This document shows, one piece after another, positions 49,682-59,658 of a stretch of 59,658 nt of DNA; the first letter of the stretch is position 1; the number at the start of each line of letters is the position of its first letter. Made by a program: the position numbers and the translations under genes. The notes beneath the pieces are model-generated. The model worked only from the letters and a program-made list of their open reading frames with translations, was not told where the DNA came from and ran no database searches. Source of the DNA: Bdellovibrionota bacterium (GTDB taxonomy: Bacteria; Bdellovibrionota_C; UBA2361; OMII01); assembly GCA_044360225.1 (NCBI GenBank), contig JBIKKR010000003.1, positions 1-59,658 on the forward strand. Reading direction: 5' to 3'.

Positions 49682-50169
49682 GGCATCAGAGATGGGGTAG
49701 GGGACGTCAGATCGTCCTGTACGTTGTATCGCTTGTGGTCGTACTGGGTTTCCAGGGCTGTTTTTCGCCAGCAGTCAAGAGCCCAAAATTTATCGATGAG
49801 GTTCGACCTATCCCCCCAGCGCTCAGGGTGATTACATACACTATTCAGAGGCGCGATCTTCAGGGTGCATTAACGAAGATTAGCGAGAATCCTATCCGGC
49901 TTGTCCCGGTCTTTCAGACGGTATCGTCGGTCGAAAGTTATGAGTACCGGATTTTTGATATCACCCGGGATAGTGTCTATGGACTGCTTGGGCTTGAGAA
50001 TGCAGATATCATCGTGGCGGCAAATCGCTACCTCGTGAAGAATCCCGCGCAGTTCCCAGCATTTGTGCAGCTACTTGCGCGTGAGAATGAGGCAACGATT
50101 GAGATACGACGCGGCGGGGAGGCTCGCCTGCATAAGTATACATTTGTGCCGGTGGTTTCAGGGCGCTAG
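49678..50169 (+). CDS. Predicted lipoprotein with PDZ-like (GspC-type) domain
   Basis: Lipobox-like LGFQGC; YRIF.I..DS.Y..LGL...DII...N and IEIRRGG. Confidence 0.6.
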   Translation: MRHQRWGRGRQIVLYVVSLVVVLGFQGCFSPAVKSPKFIDEVRPIPPALRVITYTIQRRDLQGALTKISENPIRLVPVFQTVSSVESYEYRIFDITRDSVYGLLGLENADIIVAANRYLVKNPAQFPAFVQLLARENEATIEIRRGGEARLHKYTFVPVVSGR

Positions 50170-50219
50170 CCTTGGTGACTCGCCAGGGCATTTCAACATT
50201 TGTATCCCTATCAGAAATG

Positions 50220-50747
50220 CTAGTTTTTTCGAGTAGACAGCGGGAGAATAGCGATGCCCTTATGATCCGTTTGGCTCAGATTTTTACGACCAGCGAGTTG
50301 AACGAGCGATGTCGTAGCAGCATCAATCCCGATGAGGTCTTTTAGTGTGCGTTGTTCGAGAAGCTTATCGATCGCTAGTCGGAGATCCTGCCACACTCCG
50401 TGTAGACCACAGTTTTGCTTAGTTGCACATTGTGACCCATCTTCAGGATTTGGATGGACAGGCGAGTAATCGCAGATAATCTGGAACGTGTCGCCTTCGG
50501 TCGCGTAGAGGATATCTTTCAGTGAAATAGCCTCGGGCGCACGCAAAAGGCGGTATCCTCCACGGGGCCCGCGCTCGCTCTCAATTACACCCCCACGACG
50601 CAGCCTCTGAAGGATCTGCTGGGTATACTGAACGTCGAGTCCCTGACTCTGTGCTATCTCTGTTGCGCCTACAGGCCCGTCCCCGTACCTCTGAGCTAGG
50701 TACAATGAGCACAAGATACCGCATTCGCCCCACTTAGTTACACGCAT
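50220..50747 (-). CDS. Rrf2-family transcriptional regulator (IscR-like)
   Basis: Winged HTH (EIA..Q....Y..QIL..LRR.G...S.RG.RGGY.L) plus three Cys and a His (C..C..CGLH.VW). Confidence 0.9.
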   Translation of the reverse strand: MRVTKWGECGILCSLYLAQRYGDGPVGATEIAQSQGLDVQYTQQILQRLRRGGVIESERGPRGGYRLLRAPEAISLKDILYATEGDTFQIICDYSPVHPNPEDGSQCATKQNCGLHGVWQDLRLAIDKLLEQRTLKDLIGIDAATTSLVQLAGRKNLSQTDHKGIAILPLSTRKN

Positions 50748-50792
50748 AGCACGGTGAAGGTATCACAAAATAATTGTCGGTCAAATTACGAA

Positions 50793-51224
50793 CTATGCGA
50801 AATACTCAGCCAGCAACAGCCATGACCACGGGACTACCGCAGCAACTGCATAGAGCCCAGCGATGCAGGTTAGAGCTACTGGAAGCCATGAGATGCGGTG
50901 GGCTTGAGCGCAGAGTGTCATGATGACAGCTATACATGCAGCCTTGGTAATAGCGATGGCGGGCAAAACACCAACGAGCTTCATCAGGCCCCGAAGAAGT
51001 GGGTTGCCCTCGGCGCGTAGGCCAAAGGTGCTCATCCCCGCGTAGGTCAGGATCCCATCAAGTACTTGCAGGGTGACTAACACTGCCGCAAGCCACATGA
51101 TCTGACTCCGGCTGGAAGTATTAGCTTCCAACGAACCCGAAAGAACGGCGCCTTTTTGAACTAGATGCAGGTGCGCAGAACCGAGCTCTTCAGTCGTAGT
51201 TATTTTTAGGGCGGCATTTGTCAT
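50793..51224 (-). CDS. DUF5658-like membrane protein
   Basis: Q.LDG.LTY and E.NPL(L) motifs with 3-4 TM segments. Confidence 0.7.
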   Translation of the reverse strand: MTNAALKITTTEELGSAHLHLVQKGAVLSGSLEANTSSRSQIMWLAAVLVTLQVLDGILTYAGMSTFGLRAEGNPLLRGLMKLVGVLPAIAITKAACIAVIMTLCAQAHRISWLPVALTCIAGLYAVAAVVPWSWLLLAEYFA

Positions 51225-51300
51225 CGTTAAATTCTCTTAGCCGGACGTGAGTACCAATACCATATCCGGCGCAGGAGAGCGCCTGGTTCAGGATAAAAGC

Positions 51301-51360
51301 AAGGGCCCGCAATTCTCCGGCTATCTACGCGAAAAAGCTAGCATTCCACAAATGCGCAGG
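51301..51360 (+). repeat. Degenerate left-end remnant of the MITE family
   Basis: aagggcccgcaattctccggctatctacgcgaaaaagct...acaaatgcgc aligns with cggggcatcgcaattcttccgctatctactcgaaacagct...acaaatgcgc. Confidence 0.65.
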
Positions 51361-51413
51361 GGCGGGCTTCTACAGGAAGAAGAGAATAAAAACAATATCT
51401 TATAGTGATTTAC

Positions 51414-51429
51414 GGCAAACGCTCTGCCA
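51414..51429 (-). promoter_or_regulatory. Candidate sigma54 (-24/-12) promoter
   Basis: Minus strand TGGCAGAGCGTTTGCC has exact GG-N10-GC spacing and faces the DUF5658-like gene. Confidence 0.4.
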
Positions 51430-51538
51430 GTTCTACTGGCACGGACCTCTGCAAATCACTATCGTTACAGTCATTTGCCCGGGCCCTTAGATGAGCAAGC
51501 GGGCGCCAGTGCTGCGGAACTCAACAAAAATAGCGCTC

Positions 51539-51751
51539 CTAGTGAGAGCCATCCAGCTTCCCAAACTGCTCTAGCTCTGAGACAAGATTAGTAATCTTTT
51601 CACGAATATCCTCAGCAAGCACCGAGATCAGGGTTCCGGTCTGTGAAACAGAGTTATCGGTATGGCAGGTCTCGCGGGCGATCCATTCAGCACAGCTACC
51701 GAGGTGATCAATTCTGCTGGCGATTTCAAGAAGCTGAGCAAGGCTGTTCAT
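51539..51751 (-). CDS. Small helical hypothetical protein
   Basis: 70-aa ORF with GGAG RBS and an amphipathic/coiled-coil pattern. Confidence 0.6.
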   Translation of the reverse strand: MNSLAQLLEIASRIDHLGSCAEWIARETCHTDNSVSQTGTLISVLAEDIREKITNLVSELEQFGKLDGSH

Positions 51752-51844
51752 GTTTTTTTCTCCCGAAGCGTGTTTCGCGGCTTCGGGAATTAAGATGAAA
51801 GCCTTTTGCCCAAGGTTTCCTAAAAGATCTCTGACCCCCGAAAA

Positions 51845-53563
51845 CTACTTGGTAGCAGCTTCAAAGCTTGAGTTAATTGCGAGCACTCCAGGAGTGTATG
51901 AAATTCTTCCGGCAGATAATCCCCATGACCGAATGTTTGCTGATTCGAGCACTTCGTTCAGCTCAGAGTTTCCACCTGTGAACATCGCTAGTGTATTCTT
52001 TGCTGAATCCAGTACATCGGCAATCTTTGCAAAATTAAAGTAAAATGATGCGACGTTTGCCGATGCGAGCTGACCCTTGAGAACCTCTGGTAGAATCGCT
52101 GCAGGACTCCTGCCTGATTGAGCCGTAATCAAATCCTTTACCACGGAGTCTGACGAGCCGATCAACACTGACTTGGTGTTGCTTGGAGAGCTCATGTAGA
52201 CGCCAGCCCCGATAAGGGTCGTGAAGTACTTAGTCGGTGTGCCCTCGATCTCTTTGGTCTGCCAAGTTGCGTTTTGTCCTGCTAGTGACATCGCCATTCC
52301 TAGCGAGCTTTCAAGAAAGCTCCCGAGCTGCTCGCGATCAGCACTTTCTAACAGCAGGAAGATGTCAGGAAGCGGAGATCCAGCGGCGTTGTTACGAAAG
52401 CCGATCGTGAGGCTCTCGAGTTTCTTCGCATGGTCAGCTAAACCTATCGGCGAGCCTTCTTCAATGCTCTTTATCATCGGCTCAAGCTTGCCCAGAAAAT
52501 GAGTATCAAGAGCGATGGATAGGGCCGAATCAGCCGGGACCTTAGTCGCGGCAGGAGAGAGTGCGCCACCTTGAAGCGCCTCAAAGAACTTGGTCTGCGT
52601 ATCTGTTTTTGGTGTCACAGCGAGTCCTATGTTGTGGACGTACTGCTTCGGAAAGCTGCTTTGAATCGCCAAAGCATCAAATGGGATATCTTGCGGTTTA
52701 AATTGTCCAGACTCATCGGCCTTTGCAATGGCATCGAGGAGTGGGCGGAGTCGCGAGAGTGATATAAAGGAAAATGCGAGCGTTTTATCGATAGGAGTGC
52801 AGGGGGTAGAGGCCTGTTTGTACTCCGGCAGTGCTTGAATCGACTCTATCGCGCCTGTGTTTGTTGAAGCGAAAAGGCCCTCGACGGTTGTTTTATTCGT
52901 TGATGCCCCAAGGAGTTCAGAATTGGCACCAAAGAAGACCTTTACTGGAGCATTCGACATTCCGATTGAAAAGCCTTTTGATGCGCCCGCTACAGACTCG
53001 TCAGAAACCTGTAGTGATGATTCAGAGAGCTTCTTCCGAATAATATCTAACTTCTCGGTCATCGCCACCCCCGCTGCTCCTCTCAGGAACAACCCCACGT
53101 CAACAGGCATCTGTGCACCTGTAACGGGTCCAGCAAAAACTACACTCCGAGCAAGGACCTTATCGACCGTGTATGTACCATCGGACGCAACAATGCCGAG
53201 TTGCAACCCAGAATCCCACACGCGCTGAATAATCGTCACTAACTCATCTCCAGCTCCTGATTCGCGTATCTTCTCAATCAGCCCGTCAATAGACCTCTTG
53301 GCGTTTTTGCTCCCTGAATACGGCGATTGAGTGAAGGCTTTGTATCCATCGCCGGAAAAATCCATAACAGCAAACGCAGCAGTTGCAGTTGGAAGCTTTT
53401 GCAGTAGGGCGTCGTTTGAGAGCAGCTTTGCTGTTTTTGCGGCAGGGGCAGCACCCTTATCTTTGCCAGTGCATCCGGTAACTATCAGCGCCAAGGCTAG
53501 TGCCGGGGCAGCAAGAGCGCGGACGAGGCGAGGAGTCATGATGGTGTTAATGATGGTACTCAT
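51845..53563 (-). CDS. Large predicted lipoprotein, unknown function
   Basis: Lipobox LIVTG-C after a hydrophobic segment; about 570 aa; exact start uncertain. Confidence 0.75.
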   Translation of the reverse strand: MSTIINTIMTPRLVRALAAPALALALIVTGCTGKDKGAAPAAKTAKLLSNDALLQKLPTATAAFAVMDFSGDGYKAFTQSPYSGSKNAKRSIDGLIEKIRESGAGDELVTIIQRVWDSGLQLGIVASDGTYTVDKVLARSVVFAGPVTGAQMPVDVGLFLRGAAGVAMTEKLDIIRKKLSESSLQVSDESVAGASKGFSIGMSNAPVKVFFGANSELLGASTNKTTVEGLFASTNTGAIESIQALPEYKQASTPCTPIDKTLAFSFISLSRLRPLLDAIAKADESGQFKPQDIPFDALAIQSSFPKQYVHNIGLAVTPKTDTQTKFFEALQGGALSPAATKVPADSALSIALDTHFLGKLEPMIKSIEEGSPIGLADHAKKLESLTIGFRNNAAGSPLPDIFLLLESADREQLGSFLESSLGMAMSLAGQNATWQTKEIEGTPTKYFTTLIGAGVYMSSPSNTKSVLIGSSDSVVKDLITAQSGRSPAAILPEVLKGQLASANVASFYFNFAKIADVLDSAKNTLAMFTGGNSELNEVLESANIRSWGLSAGRISYTPGVLAINSSFEAATK

Positions 53564-53908
53564 AGTGCATTCCGGGGAGAGGTGTAGGCCAAAAGGGGGC
53601 CTAGCGAATTGCGCACTGGACACCCGTGTTGAGCGTACTACGTCCTGTGCGGCCTAACAACTCACGACCAGCGAATCAGGCAGCATAGTGCTTCGAGTGT
53701 AGATAACACCGAGCAACAAAACCCAGACGAGCCAAGCGAGGCATCGCCCAGTTAGGGAAGCTGCTAACATGCTACAAAATTCTGGTTGCGTTCTAGGGTG
53801 CCCTCTGAGTTAATTGTCTTGGTAACAGATACTATGTGTACCGAGGCAGGGCAGATAGGCGGGGCAGAGGTCGCCTACGACTAAGGTTTTCCCTTACGGA
53901 ATCCACAG

Positions 53909-54715
53909 ATGAGTTTAACCAGATTGGATTGTGATATCTTTAGGGGGGCAGAGGCGCTATCAGATGCGTCTGCGTACGTCGCGCTTAATCCGGTTATGAG
54001 GCCCGCTCAGATGGTATTTGCTGGCTCGACTGCGGCGATTCAAGGGGTCGGAGCGCAGGTGGCATACCGTCTCGCAATTGATTACTTTGTTGAAGGGGTA
54101 GTGAATCACTTAGAGCAGCTGGGACAGAAGCCTGTTCAGTCCGCTGATGATGAAGAGTCCGCTGTAGCGGTTCTGGAGGCGGCCTTTCGTTTAGCAAATG
54201 CGTCTGTGTATGGATTTGGTCATAAACTTGCGGCGGGTGGACGCATGGCGGCATCGCTCCTAGCGTTCATAGTCGACCAACGCAGGTTCGCGGCAGCCCG
54301 TGTAGGACAGGGAAGTGTGTACCTCTTCCGAAATAAACAGCTCTTCCCGTTTTTTGCGAGTGATGGTGCAGACCGTTCTATCGTTGGCGACATCCCCGAG
54401 TACTCAGCAGACTCGACATCTCAGAGGCAGACATTTATCGGGTCTCATTCAATTATCGATGTTGAGGTGGCATCCGTTACGTTGCTTCCAGGTGACTATG
54501 TAGTAGCTTTCTCACGGCCCTTAACAACCCTTAATGAGACCTTGCTTTTTCAGCACTTAGAGGTAGTTGTCGGTGAGGGATTCCCTGAGGTACAGCCGTA
54601 TGGGATGGCCGAGCAGATGTGTTTAGATGTCTTTACGCAGGCTGATACCCTCTCGTTTGCCTGTATGGTCGGATTGGGGCCCGAGGTCATTTACTGCTCT
54701 CAGATCGTCGCCTAA
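53909..54715 (+). CDS. PP2C/PPM-fold protein lacking catalytic aspartates (pseudophosphatase)
   Basis: Recognisable PP2C segments (GAQVAYRLAI, AF..AN..V, MAAS, ARVGQGSVYLFR, LLPGDYVVAFS), with the NED, DG, GDSR and SDG motifs replaced. Confidence 0.7.
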   Translation: MSLTRLDCDIFRGAEALSDASAYVALNPVMRPAQMVFAGSTAAIQGVGAQVAYRLAIDYFVEGVVNHLEQLGQKPVQSADDEESAVAVLEAAFRLANASVYGFGHKLAAGGRMAASLLAFIVDQRRFAAARVGQGSVYLFRNKQLFPFFASDGADRSIVGDIPEYSADSTSQRQTFIGSHSIIDVEVASVTLLPGDYVVAFSRPLTTLNETLLFQHLEVVVGEGFPEVQPYGMAEQMCLDVFTQADTLSFACMVGLGPEVIYCSQIVA

Positions 54716-54940
54716 CGATGCGGGACAAAACCAGGTTTACGTGAGCTTTTGCCGCCTCTTTCTAGCCTAGTTCCTGTCCGGAAACCCCGATTTCCGCGCC
54801 GATACGCGTCTCGTGCTCTCATGAAGCAGAGAGTTCTCTACCGGTGCTTCGTATCGTGATTGCAAAGAGTCCCGATTTTCGGGGATTGTTACCCTGTGAG
54901 AGTATACTGCTGAATTGCGTTCTCAAAGGGTCCGTGTCTG

Positions 54941-55300
54941 TTATTCGGCCCGCTCAAGATACTCCATCATCAGCTGTTTTATCTTGGTCTGATATGGAGT
55001 CTTCTCTCTTTCAGCCTTGTACCGAAACGCCTCCAGCAGAGGCGCAGGAATCTTTATGCTGATGAGCTTCGAAGGTCTTTTCGACCGAGGATCTAACATT
55101 CTCTTGTAGTTTTCGATAAAATTCATCACCTCTGTTACGTCCTCAATATCAGGGGCGATGATCTGCTCGCGCTTGGCAAGCTGCAAGGGACGCGGAGCTG
55201 GGACGTCCTCGCGCGATTCCCGCGATCGTGAGCGTTTCCTGGATAATTTAGGTTTGTTGACACTGTTTTTAGTGGTGCTATTTCCCTTTTTTTGTCTCAT
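54941..55300 (-). CDS. BrnA/CopG-type ribbon-helix-helix antitoxin-like protein
   Basis: C-terminal SKLISIKIP..LLEAFR.KA.....PYQT.IKQLM..YL; basic disordered N-terminus; overlaps the upstream gene by 23 nt. Confidence 0.8.
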   Translation of the reverse strand: MRQKKGNSTTKNSVNKPKLSRKRSRSRESREDVPAPRPLQLAKREQIIAPDIEDVTEVMNFIENYKRMLDPRSKRPSKLISIKIPAPLLEAFRYKAEREKTPYQTKIKQLMMEYLERAE

Positions 55301-55763
55301 ATTCTCCCAGCATTTCTAGAATTTTAATATCCTCCAGGTCCTGTGGACGAGCGGAGGCTCTCTTCATTTTGATCAGATCCTCTCGGGCTAGAACTGAGAT
55401 CTTGCTCGCCCCAAGATTTCTACTTACTCGGCTCATTCGCGCTAAATCATGCGTTATGATCACGTCAACAAGCTCGAATGGATTGCGTGGATTATGAAAG
55501 CTCCATGCCACAAGATTTCTCTTGCAAACGTACTCCTCACGGAAGTTGAACACTTCGCTCGCTTTGACCGGAATACGTGAAGTAAGACCCAGCCGTTCGA
55601 GACTTTGCTCTAATCGTCGGAATATCTCCTCTGAATGCTCGACTACAATGTCAATGTCGACTGTACCTCTCGGAGCCCCAAGAAGGGCCAGGGCCAGCCC
55701 CCCGACAACCGCGTAGGGCACCTTTGCTTGTTCCAGTTCTTTAGCTAACCTTTCTAGGAGCAT
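55278..55763 (-). CDS. Nucleotidyltransferase-fold protein (DUF6036/AbiEii-like)
   Basis: Y.VVGG.A..L.G.PR.T.DID.V, third Asp in VDVI, and C-terminal EDLI.MK..S.RPQD.ED...L. Confidence 0.82.
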   Translation of the reverse strand: MLLERLAKELEQAKVPYAVVGGLALALLGAPRGTVDIDIVVEHSEEIFRRLEQSLERLGLTSRIPVKASEVFNFREEYVCKRNLVAWSFHNPRNPFELVDVIITHDLARMSRVSRNLGASKISVLAREDLIKMKRASARPQDLEDIKILEMLGEYETKKGK

Positions 55764-55769
55764 GCTTCA

Positions 55770-55787
55770 GTATATACCGGTATATAC
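55770..55787. promoter_or_regulatory. Perfect 18-bp palindromic operator overlapping the promoter
   Basis: GTATATACCGGTATATAC; overlaps minus-strand TTGCTC-N18-TATACT, whose -10 ends 5 nt before the ATG at 55763. Confidence 0.75.
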
Positions 55788-55949
55788 CTGCGGAGCAAAT
55801 TATTACAATCAGGCTTTCAGACGATTTCCATGGGTCGACGCGGTATTGCTCTTTCTTGATGGTGTCTGATCTTGATGTAGTCGGGGTGCTGGAAGTATGC
55901 TCTGCTGGGGTTGAGGCTGTGCTAAGGTGTTGTGGGTGATGGTGCTGGT

Positions 55950-56774
55950 ATGAAGCAGTATCTTGATTTAGTGAGAGATGTTCTTGAGAACGGTAAACCC
56001 GAGGCTGGGGTTGAGAAAGACGGCGCATTAGTACGCCCGGATCGTACCGGAGTTGGAACCTACTCGGTATTCGGTCGGCAGATGCGGTTTAACCTTGATG
56101 ATGGGTTTCCTCTGGTTACAACTAAAAAGGTTCACCTCAAGTCAATAATTCATGAGTTGTTGTGGTTCCTCAAGGGAGACACGAACATCCGCTACCTCAA
56201 GGAGCATAACGTATCGATCTGGGATGAATGGGCCAATTCGGATGGCGAGCTCGGACCGGTGTACGGTAAGCAGTGGCGCTCATGGGAGGGGCCGCGTGGC
56301 AAGGTGGATCAGATTCAGCGGGCGATCGACACGATTAAGAACAACCCGATGAGCCGTCGTATCGTGGTCGTGTCTTTTAATCCTGCGGATCTCCCAGATG
56401 TTGCTCCGCCTGCCTGTCACACTCTTTTTCAATTCTACGTTTCGGGTGACCGAATAAGTTTACAGCTTTATCAACGCTCGGCTGACCTGATGCTCGGTGT
56501 TCCGTTTAATATCGCCAGCTATTCGTTGTTCTTAATGATGGTGGCGCAGGTTACCGGTCTTCGACCGTATGAGTTTGTGCATACTTTTGGCGATGTGCAC
56601 ATCTACTCAAATCATGTTGAGGGAGCAGAGCTACAGCTACAGCGTGAGCCGCGGCCTCTGCCAACGATGAGGATTAACCCAGATGTTAAGGATATATTCG
56701 GATTCTCGTTCTCGGATTTTACCCTTGAACATTACAACCCCCACGAGCGTATAGTGTTCGATATCGCCGTATGA
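55950..56774 (+). CDS. thyA: Thymidylate synthase
   Basis: DRTG.GT, FPL.TTK, ELLWFL.G, IWDEWA, PACH and YQRSAD..LGVPFN. Confidence 0.98.
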   Translation: MKQYLDLVRDVLENGKPEAGVEKDGALVRPDRTGVGTYSVFGRQMRFNLDDGFPLVTTKKVHLKSIIHELLWFLKGDTNIRYLKEHNVSIWDEWANSDGELGPVYGKQWRSWEGPRGKVDQIQRAIDTIKNNPMSRRIVVVSFNPADLPDVAPPACHTLFQFYVSGDRISLQLYQRSADLMLGVPFNIASYSLFLMMVAQVTGLRPYEFVHTFGDVHIYSNHVEGAELQLQREPRPLPTMRINPDVKDIFGFSFSDFTLEHYNPHERIVFDIAV

Positions 56775-57289
56775 GTGGCTCTCCGAAGATTGCGGCAGTT
56801 GTCGCTATGGATGAGTCCCGAGTAATCGGCATCAACGGAGCGCTCCCGTGGCGTCTCCCCGCGGATATGGCGCACTTCCGCGCGCTCACAACGGGCAACG
56901 TGGTCGTTATGGGACGAAAGACCTGGGATTCCTTGCCACCGGCATTCCGTCCACTTCCGGGCAGAACCAACGTAGTGGTGTCGCGTACCCCATCACAATT
57001 GGATTTGCCAGAGGGGGTACTGAGGGCTGCATCACCAGAAGCCGGGGTGGCAATGGCATGCGAGGTTGCAGCGAAGAATTGCACCTCGATCTGGATTATC
57101 GGTGGAGCGGAGCTGTACCGGTCTCTTTTGCCACGATGCGATGAGGTTCACGTGACCGTGGTCGCAGGCCAACACGAGGGGGATGCATGGTTGCCAGCAT
57201 TCGAGAGCGATTTCGTGCATACATCCGAGCGAAGTGGTGATGGTTGTACGTTTCATGTGTATACGCGGAAGGCAGAGGCCTTAAGGTAG
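56771..57289 (+). CDS. folA: Dihydrofolate reductase
   Basis: VIG..G.LPW.LP.D, VMGRKTW.S, RPLPGR.N.V and IIGG. Confidence 0.96.
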   Translation: MSGSPKIAAVVAMDESRVIGINGALPWRLPADMAHFRALTTGNVVVMGRKTWDSLPPAFRPLPGRTNVVVSRTPSQLDLPEGVLRAASPEAGVAMACEVAAKNCTSIWIIGGAELYRSLLPRCDEVHVTVVAGQHEGDAWLPAFESDFVHTSERSGDGCTFHVYTRKAEALR

Positions 57290-59368
<2,079 letters not shown>

Positions 59369-59394
59369 GTTCTAAGCCAAGTAATGTGCAAGGT

Positions 59395-59418
59395 CGGACC
59401 GCGGACTTTCTAGTCCGC
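59395..59418 (+). repeat. REP-like short palindrome
   Basis: cggacc-GCGGAC-tttcta-GTCCGC, 26 nt after the ligA stop; near-identical to 7231-7249 on the minus strand. Confidence 0.65.
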
Positions 59419-59658
59419 CAGTTATTGAATGTGCAGCGCTCACCGTGACGGCACCAGGGTTGCACCCCGGCGAGTATTAAAATCCTCTGAGCTTTTGCGT
59501 AGCTGCGCCATGTTCATCCTCCTTAACTGCTAAAAAGCTCTGAGACTTCTATAGGATTGATCTCTGGCTTCATATCAGCGACTCCAAGCCGAAGCAGACG
59601 GCGGCTGATAAAGCAGAAGGTCATACGAGTTGGATCTGGGTTGCCTTTTTTTTGTTGT

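Noticed and set aside
59476-59658. Possible 3' end of a minus-strand gene at the window edge
   Set aside because: An open frame of about 60 codons exists but has no recognisable motif, so it cannot be supported without flanking sequence.

Overview
A 59.7 kb bacterial chromosome segment made mostly of housekeeping genes. The gene set looks Deltaproteobacteria/Bdellovibrionota-like, which is an inference only. In order: partial fliL, a DUF922-like protease, folB, thrABC, tRNA-Pro(CGG), yebC, mqnD, rpsB-tsf-pyrH-frr-uppS-cdsA-dxr-rseP-tsaB, rho with an NtrC-type regulator, pyrR-pyrB-pyrC-carA-carB, rpoZ-rel-htrA-mutL-miaA, accA, infA, ribosomal protein bTHX, coaD-ndk-rlmN, an LPS inner-core cluster, yicC-gmk, an IscR-like regulator and thyA-folA-ligA. 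Six less ordinary features stand out. (1) A family of 152-bp non-coding MITE-like elements has CAGGG-type terminal inverted repeats, an 8-bp target duplication and a covarying internal stem; there is one solo copy, a three-unit tandem array in the LPS operon and a remnant. (2) A two-gene module pairs a nucleotidyltransferase with a BrnA/CopG-type RHH protein behind a perfect 18-bp GTATATAC palindrome, making it a candidate unusual toxin-antitoxin system. (3) A family of REP-like hairpins is dispersed through the window. (4) The rho leader can fold into a multi-branch RNA. (5) A PP2C-fold protein lacks the catalytic aspartates. (6) A membrane-anchored protein resembles DMP19/DUF4375. All calls come from motif recognition by eye; no database searches were run.
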